This document shows, piece by piece, positions 49,546 to 59,505 of a stretch of 64,000 nucleotides of DNA (the stretch's first letter is position 1; each line of letters starts with the position of its first letter). The notes beneath the pieces were generated by a model. That model was not told where the DNA came from. It saw only the letters and a list, made by a program, of their open reading frames with translations, and ran no database searches. The translations under genes and the position numbers were made by a program. The stretch is from positions 32,001 through 96,000 of the IMG/VR virus record IMGVR_UViG_3300033150_001569; one strand, written 5' to 3'. The DNA is from a virus.

Positions 49546-49980
49546 ATGACAACTAAAACTAAAATAGATCTTATATTAGGTAGAGCAGCAAAATATCCTT
49601 TTAAAATAGAAAATGGTACATGGCCTTTAACTCAACCTGGAAAAGTAGGTCAACAAAAACATATTAAAGATAGTTTATTAGATTTAATATTTACAACTTT
49701 AGGAGAAAGATTACATCGTAGAGGTTATGGATCATTAGCATTAGAATATATTTTTGAAAATATTGATGAGGTTTATGCTAGAGAATTAGAAACTAATATT
49801 TATGATATTATAGCAAATTATGAAGGAAAAATTGATGTTCAATTAATAACAGTTACACCTGATCCAGATAATGCTCGGTACATTGTAAATATAGAATATA
49901 CATTTGCAAATGAAGTAAAACCGAATAATATAATTTTTCCAATTTCAGCTAAAGATTTCAAAGAATCTGAATACTTATAA
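49546..49980 (+). CDS. baseplate wedge gpW/gp25-like
   Basis: YPF, IFTTLGERLHRRGYGS, FEN, YE.KI. Confidence 0.9.
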   Translation: MTTKTKIDLILGRAAKYPFKIENGTWPLTQPGKVGQQKHIKDSLLDLIFTTLGERLHRRGYGSLALEYIFENIDEVYARELETNIYDIIANYEGKIDVQLITVTPDPDNARYIVNIEYTFANEVKPNNIIFPISAKDFKESEYL

Positions 49981-49988
49981 ATAAAAAT

Positions 49989-50025
49989 CTATTCAATAAT
50001 AGAAATTTTATAAATAAGATAAGAT
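49989..50025 (+). promoter_or_regulatory. putative late promoter motif, copy 4
   Basis: CTATTCAATAATAG, then 17 nt and TAAGAT, upstream of baseplate J. Confidence 0.55.
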
Positions 50026-50062
50026 TGTGTTTAATAATATTAAATAGTATTGGGGGTAAAAA

Positions 50063-51826
50063 TTGGCAAATAATTTACCTAAAATTGATTATAGTAGTAG
50101 AGATTTTATTGCTATTTTGGCAGATATAAGAAGATTATTTCCTTATTTTCTACCAGAAATGACAGATTTAAATCCTAGTAATCCTGCTATTGCTTTAGCA
50201 GAAATTGATGCTGTTATGGCAGATCAATTGCATTTTTATGTAGATAGAATGGTAAATGAAATGTTTCTTGCTACTGCACTTCGTAGAAGAAATGTTAAAA
50301 ATATATTAAGACTTATTGATTATGAAATGAGTTCTGCTCAATCATCAATAGTTCCATTAAAATTTACTTTAGGTTCAACATATCCAAATCCTATTATTAT
50401 TCCAGTTGGAACTCAATGTCAATCAGTTGGATTAGATGAAGTAATTTATTTTGAAACAGTTAAAGATTTAATAATACCATCTGGTGAATTATCTAATACT
50501 ATTGAAGCTGAGGAAGGACAAACGATAAGTGAATCAATAGGGGTTTCAGATGGAACTTCATATCAATCTTTTATAACTAATGAATATCCTATTATAGATG
50601 ATAGTTTAAAAATATTTGTGAATGAAGGTTCTGGTTATTTTTTATGGAAAGAGGTAGAAAATTTTGCAAATTCAAATTCAACTAGTCGTCATTATGCTGT
50701 TCAAAAAGATGAATTTGATAGAGCAATTATATTTTTTGGTGATGATGGTCAAGGAAAAATACCTGCTCCTGATTCTTCTATTCTTGCTATATATAAAATA
50801 GGTGGTGGAGAAAGAGGAAATGTTGAGATAGGAGTTATTCAACAAATAAATAGTATTATTTTGCATAATGGTAATCAAGTTTCTATTTCAGTTATTAATG
50901 AAGAAGCAGCACAGGGAGGTGTTGAAAGAGAAAGTATTGAAACTGCAAAAATTCAAGGACCATTAAATCTTAGAACTTTAGGTAAAGCAGTAACATTAGA
51001 AGATTTTGAAACATTGGCATTAAAAGTAAGTGGAGTTGGTAAATGTCAAGCAAAAAAAACAGATTTTAATGAAGTTACTTTATATATATTTGGAAATGCA
51101 GGAATTGAGGCATCTATTGCATTAAAATCTAAAACAAAAGAATATTTTGATGGTAATGGAGTTGATATTCCACAAAAAAGATTATGTACAGTAGAAGTAT
51201 TAGTTGAAGGTGGAACTTATGTAGATCCTTGGATTGAAGGGTATATTAAAGTATTACCTAATTATAAAAATTCAAGTGTTAAAGCATTAGTTAATGATGC
51301 TTTAAAAGAATTATTTGATTTTGATGAACAAGAATTTGGTAAAACAGATGATGATATAGGAAATTTAAATACTAGTGATGTAATTAGTGTTATTCGTAAT
51401 GTAGAAGGTGTTGATTATTTTAATCCTGATATTATTTCAATGCGTCCTAAAATTAATAAAGAAGTATGGTCTGGTGATGCTGATTTTGTTGATGATGCTT
51501 GGGTTATTAATGATGAAACAGTTGATGAAACATGGACATTAAATTTTGTTAGTCCTACTAAATTTCAAGTTCAGGGAAGTGTTAGTGGAGTACAATCAAA
51601 TCAAGGAGTAATTGGAACTTTATATCAATCAGATGGTACAGAACCAAAAATTAAATTTAAATTAGAAAATAATGGTCAAGCAATGCAAATAGGAGATAGA
51701 GTAAAATTTAGAGTTTCTAAAATTAATGATAATATTGATGTTAATGATTCTGAAATTTTGTCTCCAACATTAGATATTAATGGATTATTTAAATATTTTG
51801 ATTTAACTTATGAAGGAGGGGCATAA
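50063..51826 (+). CDS. baseplate J/gp6-like wedge protein, TTG start
   Basis: IDYSSRDF, FYVDR..NE.FL.TA, FGDDGQGKIP, YKIGGGERGNV, KAVTLEDFE. Confidence 0.92.
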   Translation: MANNLPKIDYSSRDFIAILADIRRLFPYFLPEMTDLNPSNPAIALAEIDAVMADQLHFYVDRMVNEMFLATALRRRNVKNILRLIDYEMSSAQSSIVPLKFTLGSTYPNPIIIPVGTQCQSVGLDEVIYFETVKDLIIPSGELSNTIEAEEGQTISESIGVSDGTSYQSFITNEYPIIDDSLKIFVNEGSGYFLWKEVENFANSNSTSRHYAVQKDEFDRAIIFFGDDGQGKIPAPDSSILAIYKIGGGERGNVEIGVIQQINSIILHNGNQVSISVINEEAAQGGVERESIETAKIQGPLNLRTLGKAVTLEDFETLALKVSGVGKCQAKKTDFNEVTLYIFGNAGIEASIALKSKTKEYFDGNGVDIPQKRLCTVEVLVEGGTYVDPWIEGYIKVLPNYKNSSVKALVNDALKELFDFDEQEFGKTDDDIGNLNTSDVISVIRNVEGVDYFNPDIISMRPKINKEVWSGDADFVDDAWVINDETVDETWTLNFVSPTKFQVQGSVSGVQSNQGVIGTLYQSDGTEPKIKFKLENNGQAMQIGDRVKFRVSKINDNIDVNDSEILSPTLDINGLFKYFDLTYEGGA

Positions 51827-51996
51827 TGAATAATTTTATTTTAAATTTAGCAAGACCAAGAAGAAATGGTGGAAATGGTAGACGTGATGGTTCTGGAAGA
51901 GGAAGAGGTCAATCAGGTGGAGGAAGAAGAAATAGAAATCCTAAACCATGTGGTAGAGGTGGAAATGGAAATGGAAGAGGTAGAAATCGTAAATAA
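51826..51996 (+). CDS. 56-aa Arg/Gly-rich peptide
   Basis: TAATG coupling and GGAGG SD; MNNFILNLARPRRNGGNGRRDGSGRGRGQSGGGRRNRNPKPCGRGGNGNGRGRNRK. Confidence 0.7.
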   Translation: MNNFILNLARPRRNGGNGRRDGSGRGRGQSGGGRRNRNPKPCGRGGNGNGRGRNRK

Positions 51997-51997
51997 T

Positions 51998-52264
51998 ATG
52001 GATGATAAAAAAATAGTTAAAAAATTTATTTTAAGTACATTAGAAGGATTATTAGATGAAATAGATAAATTAAAAATTAAAATAAATAAAAAAAATAATT
52101 ATATTGAATATTTAATTAAAGTTGATGATAAAGATTATGGAAAAGTAATAGGTAAAGATGGTAGAAATTTAAAAGCTATTAAAACTTTATTTAATTCAAT
52201 TACTAGTAAATTAAAAATATCTGCTAATATTAATTTTGATATTCCTAAATTAAAGAAAAAATAA
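51998..52264 (+). CDS. khpA: KH-domain RNA-binding protein, KhpA/UPF0109-like
   Basis: IKVDDKDYGKVIGKDGRNLKAIKTL (GxxG loop), 88 aa; start reassigned to ATG 51998. Confidence 0.8.
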   Translation: MDDKKIVKKFILSTLEGLLDEIDKLKIKINKKNNYIEYLIKVDDKDYGKVIGKDGRNLKAIKTLFNSITSKLKISANINFDIPKLKKK

Positions 52265-53496
52265 TGCTTAAAATTAAAAAACCAATTTATACAGTATTTC
52301 AATCTTATCAAGAACAAAGTGAAGATTATCCAAAAGGTCGTACTGTATTAACATTAAATTGGCAAATACCTACTAAATATGAAGAAATTGAAAAAATAAT
52401 AATTGAATCATTTAATGGTTTAGATACTAATTTTCAATTACCTTATGGAAATATTGAAAATATTACTTTATATGCTGATGATATTGAAATTGATAGTAGT
52501 CATTATATAATTGATTTAATAGAAGGAAATGGAACTGTTTATTCTACTGCTGCAAATAATGGTCAAAAAATAAAAATAACATATACTCCACTTAATCCTG
52601 TAAAAGTAACAGATGAAATAGAAGGAGAAATTTTAATTAATTCTTGTGTTCCAAATAGAGATAATGAATTCAAAATAGGTAATAAAAATATAATACCAAC
52701 AATTACTCCTAAATTTTATACTAATGGAATTTATATTACTCATAATACTCCAATAATTGATAGTATTAATAAAATAATTACAACTGATAAATGGTATTTT
52801 AATTATAAAACTGGTAAAGGTGTTCTTAGATCTGGTGCAGCATTACCTGCTACTTTAAGTGAAATAACAATTGATTATTATAGAGAAATAAAATTAGATA
52901 AATTTGAATTATATAAAATTGAAAATGGATTATATATATATACAACTTATGAAGAAGTTATAAATGATCCTAATAAAATTATTGTTAATGATAATATTAA
53001 TTATTCTTCTAATAACTACATTGAAGAAATGATTTCAGACCAAAATGGTCGTAATTATATGTATTATTTATTTGCTGTTGATTCTGATGGCAATCATTCT
53101 ATTTGTGATTTACAATTAATAGAAACATTACCTTCAATTGTACAAAATTTTGTATTATATACTAGAACTGGTGAAGTAAATTTATTTTGGGATAAAGTAA
53201 TTGATCCTAATGTTAATGGTTATAATATTTGGAGATGTGAAGGAACTATTTTACAAAAACAAAATCTTGTTAAATTAAATAGTAAATTAATAACATCTAA
53301 TGAATTTTCTGATAGTGCAACAAATACTACAAATAGAAAATCTTCTACTGAAATTACATATCCATTAGAAGCAAAAAGTTATGTTTATTTAGTTGAAGCA
53401 GTAGATGAATATTCTAGTTGGAAAGTAGGAACTGAAAATAAAAGTAGTGAAGCAAGTGAAAATTTAATAACTCAATTAATTCCTGACGATAAATAA
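52264..53496 (+). CDS. virion protein with FN3/Ig-like domains
   Basis: LNWQIP, YMYYLFAVD, LFWDK..GYNIWR, YVYLVEAVD. Confidence 0.65.
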   Translation: MLKIKKPIYTVFQSYQEQSEDYPKGRTVLTLNWQIPTKYEEIEKIIIESFNGLDTNFQLPYGNIENITLYADDIEIDSSHYIIDLIEGNGTVYSTAANNGQKIKITYTPLNPVKVTDEIEGEILINSCVPNRDNEFKIGNKNIIPTITPKFYTNGIYITHNTPIIDSINKIITTDKWYFNYKTGKGVLRSGAALPATLSEITIDYYREIKLDKFELYKIENGLYIYTTYEEVINDPNKIIVNDNINYSSNNYIEEMISDQNGRNYMYYLFAVDSDGNHSICDLQLIETLPSIVQNFVLYTRTGEVNLFWDKVIDPNVNGYNIWRCEGTILQKQNLVKLNSKLITSNEFSDSATNTTNRKSSTEITYPLEAKSYVYLVEAVDEYSSWKVGTENKSSEASENLITQLIPDDK

Positions 53497-53497
53497 A

Positions 53498-56400
53498 ATG
53501 GCAAAACTTAAATCATTATATTCTACTGAAGCTAGTGTTTCAATTCCTGGTAGTGCTATATATGAATATTTAGTAAGAAATTTAACTGTTGAAGCTACTG
53601 TTGAAGGTCCACAAATTTTAATTTCTTTTACTAATCCAACAATTAGTAATTTTTTAAAAGTTCATATTGTAAGAAAATTACGATCATATCCTTTAAGTCC
53701 TACTGATGGAGTTAAAGTATATGAAGGAACTGGTAATGTATTTAGTGATAGAAATATAGTTGGTGGTCAATGTTATTATTATACTGTTTTTGTAGAATTA
53801 GATGATGGTAGTATTTATTATGATGTAAATTTTAGTACTGGATTTGCTATATCTTTTTCAACAGGAAACATGCCAGATTATGCTTATGAATCAACGGTTA
53901 GACATTATAAAATAAGTGATTCTAAAACTCCATCTAGAATATTAGAAGAAGTGCAAACTGATAAAGGTGATTATGTAAATATAAATGAAGAAACTGATAA
54001 ACATCAATTACAAAGATATTTTAAAACTACTAAAGTAGAATTTGATAGAATTAAATCATTAATAGAATATTCACCAACTTTATTAGATATAGATAATTGT
54101 CCAGAATATATTCTTCCATATATTTCTCAATTTTTAGGAGTAGATTTTAATGCAGATATTCCAATTGAAGCAAGACGTGCAGAATTAAAAAATATTATTG
54201 GAATATATAAAACTAAAGGTACTCCTGATTCAATAACTAATCAATTACAAAATATTTCTAAATTAGATGTTGGTATACAAGAATATTATAAAAATATTCT
54301 TAAATCTAATAGAAGAGATAGAACGTCTGCAAAATTTGGACCTGAATGGTCATTAGCTATAGGTTTAGAAGGTGATCCAAGTGTTAATAGTTTAAATTTT
54401 GATGAAAATGGTTTATATGATTGGAGAAAATATGGTTTATGGTTTCTTATAGATGAAGAAGAAACTTTAACTAAAGCAGTTATTGATAAAACAAATAGAA
54501 TAATTGATAAATATGAACCTGCAAATGCTATTCATTTATTAGGTGCTTATACTGAAATAGAGGAAGATTTTACTATTTTAGTAGAAGATATGTTTGATGA
54601 TCAATTTGAATATGGATTTAAATTTGATCTATATACTTTAGATAATGAAATTATTCATATTGAATCATTTGTAGATGAATGGTTTACTGATATTACTTTT
54701 ATAGAATATCTCGATGTATTATATGATTATGATAAAGTATTAATATCAAATATAATTGATAAAGTATCTAATGTTGCATTAATTCAATCTGCTGATATGA
54801 TAACTGATGCAGGAATTGGTGGTTCATTAGGTAGAAAATTATCTGATAGTTTTACAAATTATAATGAAAATGGAAAATTTAAATATACTGATTATCCAGA
54901 AATTAATGAAGATCTTTCAGCATTAAAAGTATTGGGTCAAGGTTGGTATCATGATGATTATAGTTATGGCCCATATATTGAAACTTATTTATTTGATATT
55001 TTAGAAGAAAATTTAGAAGAAATTGATACAGATAATAATGAAGATATTAATACAAGTATAACAATTTCTGAAGATACGAATGTTGAATTTCAAATTGAAT
55101 CATTAGATATAGAAAATATTAATATAATTACTGAATCAAATTATGATGAAATATTCATATTAGATTCAGAAAATTATTTAATTAGTTCAATTTCTGATGG
55201 TAAAAAATTAGATGCAGATACTATATTTAATGAATTAATTTATAATAAAGAAAATTGGTTATATTCAAATAATATTGAAAAATTATCAAATGATATATTA
55301 ATTAAATCTACTCAATGGATAATTGATTCATATATTGATCAACAATATTATAGTGGTATTGGAGAAGAATCTTTTACAGATGCAATAGATAGTGAAGAAA
55401 ATTTAACAACTGTTGAAAATATTTATTTAGAAAATTATGATATTTCAAATATAATTGATGAAATACTTAATGATCCTGTTCAAGAAATAAATAATGAAAA
55501 TATATTATCATCAAATTTTATTGAATCATCATTAAATGCAATAGAAACTTTAGAAGAAGAATTATTAGAATCAACTGATGATTCTTGGTTTACAGAATTA
55601 TATTTTGCAACTACTCCTGAAATGGAAGAAAATCTTGGTATAATTCCATTTGATCAAGTAATGCCTGATGAATCAGAATCAATAAATCAAGAAATATATT
55701 CAAATATTATCAATGAAGAATTAATAAATGAAATAAATATTTTACCAGAAGATGAAACAATATTATATAGTTATTTAGATTCAGATTTAAATGAATTAGA
55801 TATTTTAAATAATGAAAATTATAATTTATTATCAATAATTGATAATAGTGTAAATGAAGAAATAAATACTTTAGATATTGATTCATATAATATTAATTGG
55901 GTAGATGTAGATGTAACAACAATTTATGATGGAAGAGAAAAAATTTATACAGAATTGTTTTATGTAGAAAAATTTAGTGATATTATTGATTTAAATTTTG
56001 AAAATTATTCATTTTTTATTAATGATAATAATATAGATAATATAGAATTTTTAAATTCTGAAATTTATTCTTTTATTATTAATGAACTTTCTGTAAATGA
56101 AGATATTGAATCATTAATACAGGATAATTTTTCTTTTACATTTTTAGATCAAGAATTAACAGAATTAGATAAAATAGATTCAGATAATTATAATTTAACT
56201 GCTAGTGATTATGCTGATCTTTTAATTGAAAGTGAAAATTTAGAATCATATTCAAATATTATATCAGAAGAATTATTATCTGAAATATATGAAATATCAG
56301 ATGATACTATCACATTATCTTTATTTGATTCATATTTAACTGAAAGTGAAAAATTAGATACTGAAAATCTTGGAATAACTATTCAAGAAGAAATAATTCC

Positions 56401-58426
56401 TTATATAATAGAAACAATAGATAATGAAATTTATGATATTAATTGGATTGAAACTGAAATAACTAATGTATTAGATGGAACTGAAACTTTTTATATTAAT
56501 CTTTTTCAAGATGAAAAAATAACAGAATTAGAATCAATAAATCAAGAAAATTATTCAATATTATTTTCTGAATCAATTTTTAATGATATCGAAATTTTAG
56601 AACAAGAAAATTATTTATTTTCAATTAATATAGAATTATTAAATGATATTTTTGATTTATCACAAGAAACTATTTCTATTTTATTAAGTGATGAATCATT
56701 TATTCAAATTGAAGGTATTAATCAAGAAAATTATTCCTTCATTTTGATAGAAAATTTAATATCTGATATTGAATCAATTGAAAATGAAAATATTTCTAAT
56801 TCTTTAATTGAAAATTACTTAGCAGAAATATATTCTTTAAATAGTGAAATTTATTCATATATTTTATCAGATGATTCATATCTTAGCATTGAAACATTAG
56901 AAACAGAAAATTATAATATAAACTGGAATGACATAGATATAACTGCTGTATATGATGGTCGAGAAGTAATATATATTCAGCTTTTTGCTGAAAGTAAATT
57001 TAGTGATATAAGTACAATTAATACTGAAGATATAATTATATCTGTTTTAGATTCCTTTGAAGATGAACGTGAAACATCACATACAGAAAATTATTTATTA
57101 TCAATATTAGATTTAGAATTATATGAATTAATAGAATCAATAAATCAAGAAAATTATTCAATATTATTTTCAGAATTAGTTTTAAATGAACTAGATATTA
57201 TTAATATTGATATTTTTAATTTAACTTATAATGAAACATATTTATCTGAATTAAATATAATTTCTCAAGATAATTTTTCTTATTCATATAGTGATGATTA
57301 TTTAAGTGAAATTGAATCATTAATTTCAGATATATTTAATTTTATCTATGAAGATTCTGATTTAATTGAAATAGAAAGTTTAAAATTAGATGAATTTAAT
57401 TTTACATATATTGATAATTCATTAAGTTTAATAGAAACAATAAATAATGAAATTTATGATATTAATTGGATTGAAACTGAAATAACTAATGTATTAGATG
57501 GAACTGAAACAATTATTTCTGATTTATTCCAAGAAACAAAATTTACTGAATTAGAATCATTAATACAAGAAAATTATTCAATATTATTTAATGATAATAA
57601 TATAGATAATTTTGAAAGTTTAATATCTGAAAATTATTCTATATTATTGAATGAAACAATTATAAATAATATTTATGATTTAAATAGTGATAATTTTTCA
57701 TATTCTTATTTAGATTCATTATTGACAAATATTTATGATTTAAATAGTGACAGTTTTTCCTATTCTTATTTAGATTCAGTTTTAAATGAAATAAATATTA
57801 TTGAAGAAGAAAATTATAATATTAATTTTATTGAAACAAAAATAGAAGAAATATATCAAATTAATTCAGATTCATTTTCATATTCTTATTTAGATCAAGA
57901 TTTATCTGATATTTATGATTTAAATATTGATACTTCATCATTATCATTTATTGATTCTAATATTGAAGAAGTTGAAACTTTAATTCAAGATAATTATAAT
58001 ATTTCATCAATTATTGATAGTAATTTTTATGATATTATAGATACTTTAGATAATGAAAATTATAATATAAACTGGAATGATATTGATATAACAGCAGTTT
58101 ATGATGGTAGAGAAAGTTTTTATATTCAATTATTTGCTGAAAGTAAATTTACAGATATTACTGATTTAAATAATGATAATATAAATTTATCAATAAATGA
58201 ACAAAAAATAGATAGTTTAAATACTATTAAACAAGAAAATTATAATATAAATAATATTACAATATCAGAATATGATTCATTATATTCTTTAAATACAGAT
58301 ACATCTAGTTTATCATTTTTAGATTATTATGATGATACTGAAACTCAACTTTTTGGAACATTATATTCAAATGATGCAACAAATGTATCAAATAGCTTAT
58401 ATTATTTATCAGCAATTTCATCATAA
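53498..58426 (+). CDS. baseplate/tail protein I (P2 gpI-like) domain fused to about 1000 aa of acidic repeats
   Basis: FN3-like N-terminus; LLDIDNCPEYILPYISQFLG..YKTKGT gpI motif; repetitive D/E/I/N/S-rich C-terminus. Confidence 0.75.
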   Translation: MAKLKSLYSTEASVSIPGSAIYEYLVRNLTVEATVEGPQILISFTNPTISNFLKVHIVRKLRSYPLSPTDGVKVYEGTGNVFSDRNIVGGQCYYYTVFVELDDGSIYYDVNFSTGFAISFSTGNMPDYAYESTVRHYKISDSKTPSRILEEVQTDKGDYVNINEETDKHQLQRYFKTTKVEFDRIKSLIEYSPTLLDIDNCPEYILPYISQFLGVDFNADIPIEARRAELKNIIGIYKTKGTPDSITNQLQNISKLDVGIQEYYKNILKSNRRDRTSAKFGPEWSLAIGLEGDPSVNSLNFDENGLYDWRKYGLWFLIDEEETLTKAVIDKTNRIIDKYEPANAIHLLGAYTEIEEDFTILVEDMFDDQFEYGFKFDLYTLDNEIIHIESFVDEWFTDITFIEYLDVLYDYDKVLISNIIDKVSNVALIQSADMITDAGIGGSLGRKLSDSFTNYNENGKFKYTDYPEINEDLSALKVLGQGWYHDDYSYGPYIETYLFDILEENLEEIDTDNNEDINTSITISEDTNVEFQIESLDIENINIITESNYDEIFILDSENYLISSISDGKKLDADTIFNELIYNKENWLYSNNIEKLSNDILIKSTQWIIDSYIDQQYYSGIGEESFTDAIDSEENLTTVENIYLENYDISNIIDEILNDPVQEINNENILSSNFIESSLNAIETLEEELLESTDDSWFTELYFATTPEMEENLGIIPFDQVMPDESESINQEIYSNIINEELINEINILPEDETILYSYLDSDLNELDILNNENYNLLSIIDNSVNEEINTLDIDSYNINWVDVDVTTIYDGREKIYTELFYVEKFSDIIDLNFENYSFFINDNNIDNIEFLNSEIYSFIINELSVNEDIESLIQDNFSFTFLDQELTELDKIDSDNYNLTASDYADLLIESENLESYSNIISEELLSEIYEISDDTITLSLFDSYLTESEKLDTENLGITIQEEIIPYIIETIDNEIYDINWIETEITNVLDGTETFYINLFQDEKITELESINQENYSILFSESIFNDIEILEQENYLFSINIELLNDIFDLSQETISILLSDESFIQIEGINQENYSFILIENLISDIESIENENISNSLIENYLAEIYSLNSEIYSYILSDDSYLSIETLETENYNINWNDIDITAVYDGREVIYIQLFAESKFSDISTINTEDIIISVLDSFEDERETSHTENYLLSILDLELYELIESINQENYSILFSELVLNELDIINIDIFNLTYNETYLSELNIISQDNFSYSYSDDYLSEIESLISDIFNFIYEDSDLIEIESLKLDEFNFTYIDNSLSLIETINNEIYDINWIETEITNVLDGTETIISDLFQETKFTELESLIQENYSILFNDNNIDNFESLISENYSILLNETIINNIYDLNSDNFSYSYLDSLLTNIYDLNSDSFSYSYLDSVLNEINIIEEENYNINFIETKIEEIYQINSDSFSYSYLDQDLSDIYDLNIDTSSLSFIDSNIEEVETLIQDNYNISSIIDSNFYDIIDTLDNENYNINWNDIDITAVYDGRESFYIQLFAESKFTDITDLNNDNINLSINEQKIDSLNTIKQENYNINNITISEYDSLYSLNTDTSSLSFLDYYDDTETQLFGTLYSNDATNVSNSLYYLSAISS
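56408..57510 (+). repeat. 80-bp direct repeat (56408-56487 and 57431-57510) with one mismatch
   Basis: Read directly; encodes IETI(D/N)NEIYDINWIETEITNVLDGTET. Confidence 0.9.
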
Positions 58427-58471
58427 TATAAAATATTTTTTATTTATTTTTAAAAAGTTACTTTAAATTAT

Positions 58472-58507
58472 CTATTCTAAAATAGATATTTTCACCAACA
58501 ATTAGAT
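58472..58507 (+). promoter_or_regulatory. putative late promoter motif, copy 5
   Basis: ATCTATT-CTAA-AATAGAT 7-bp inverted repeat; TTAGAT lies 16 nt after the AATAG. Confidence 0.65.
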
Positions 58508-58527
58508 TATTAAAAAAGAGGTTTATT

Positions 58528-58626
58528 ATGACTGAATATTTTTCAAAAGATGAAGTTTATAAAAAAGTAGATGAGGAAGAAACTTTAGATAAAGTCATAA
58601 TAGATGGAGAAGAACAAGAATCTTAA
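58528..58626 (+). CDS. 32-aa acidic peptide
   Basis: GAGG SD; MTEYFSKDEVYKKVDEEETLDKVIIDGEEQES. Confidence 0.5.
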   Translation: MTEYFSKDEVYKKVDEEETLDKVIIDGEEQES

Positions 58627-58655
58627 TAATAACAATAACTTAAAGGAGATTAAAA

Positions 58656-59234
58656 ATGAAAGAAAGGGTAAATCTTGAAAATTTAAGTATTAAATTAGAA
58701 GGTCAATATCAAGATGAAATTTATCAAAAAGAGGAAAATGGTAAAGAAGTATTAGTAACTACACAATCTGGAAAAATTGATTGTTTTCCTTTTTGGAAAA
58801 ATAATCTTATTGTTGATGTAGTTAAAGCATTATTAGCAGGTCTTTTTGCTAATGAATCTAGTTTTACTGGTGGTATTTTATATCATGCTTTGGGTCGTGG
58901 AGATGTTTCATGGGATACTACTGTTCCTGATCCTGGTTCTAGTGATGTTGCTTTATATGATGAACATTTTAGAAAATCTCCTGATTCTATAAATTATCTT
59001 GATGGTAGTAATAATGTTGTTTCTTTTAGTCATAGTGTGTCAAAAATCGAAGTAACTACTACTTTTGATTATGGTGATAGTGGAGCAGATGGTAGTATTC
59101 GTGAACAAGGTCTTTTTGGTGGAGATGCTACTGGAAGTCTTGATTCTGGAATTATGATTAATGCTATCAGACATAAAGAAATTTATAAAGATAATACAAT
59201 TAAAATCGTAAGACGTATTAGAATTCAATTTTAA
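58656..59234 (+). CDS. tail collar/baseplate-fibre junction protein
   Basis: NLIV, ALGRG..WD, IREQGLFGG, IYKD..I.RRIRIQF pattern. Confidence 0.7.
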   Translation: MKERVNLENLSIKLEGQYQDEIYQKEENGKEVLVTTQSGKIDCFPFWKNNLIVDVVKALLAGLFANESSFTGGILYHALGRGDVSWDTTVPDPGSSDVALYDEHFRKSPDSINYLDGSNNVVSFSHSVSKIEVTTTFDYGDSGADGSIREQGLFGGDATGSLDSGIMINAIRHKEIYKDNTIKIVRRIRIQF

Positions 59235-59270
59235 ATTTGGATAATTTTTATCATCCATTGTGTCGTCCTA

Positions 59271-59313
59271 AAAAAGAGCTAAGATTTAAAATTAATTAAA
59301 TCTTAGCTCTTTT
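59271..59313. terminator. intrinsic, possibly bidirectional, terminator
   Basis: AAAAAGAGCTAAGATTTAA-loop-TTAAATCTTAGCTCTTTTT. Confidence 0.85.
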
Positions 59314-59505
59314 AATAAAATATTTTTATAAATTTAATTTGAAAAAAATAAAAAAGAAAAAGAAAAAACAAATACCTAAGCATAACGGACAAGATTCAGA
59401 ATTATTTAAAGAATTAATTAAAGAAGTAAGAAAATACAAAAAAGGTCCAGAAATTATTACTGAAGTTTTAAGACTAATACAAATTAAAAAAGATAAGAAG
59501 AAAAA

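Noticed and set aside
51866-51997. Glu/Val-rich N-terminus given for the KH ORF
   Set aside because: It is an alternate-frame reading of the RG-rich peptide gene; the KH protein fits a start at ATG 51998.
15457-58150. CRISPR array or DGR template/variable repeat pair
   Set aside because: The repeats are in-frame coding repeats without spacers. The 80-bp pair has a single mismatch, and no reverse transcriptase or cas gene is in the window.
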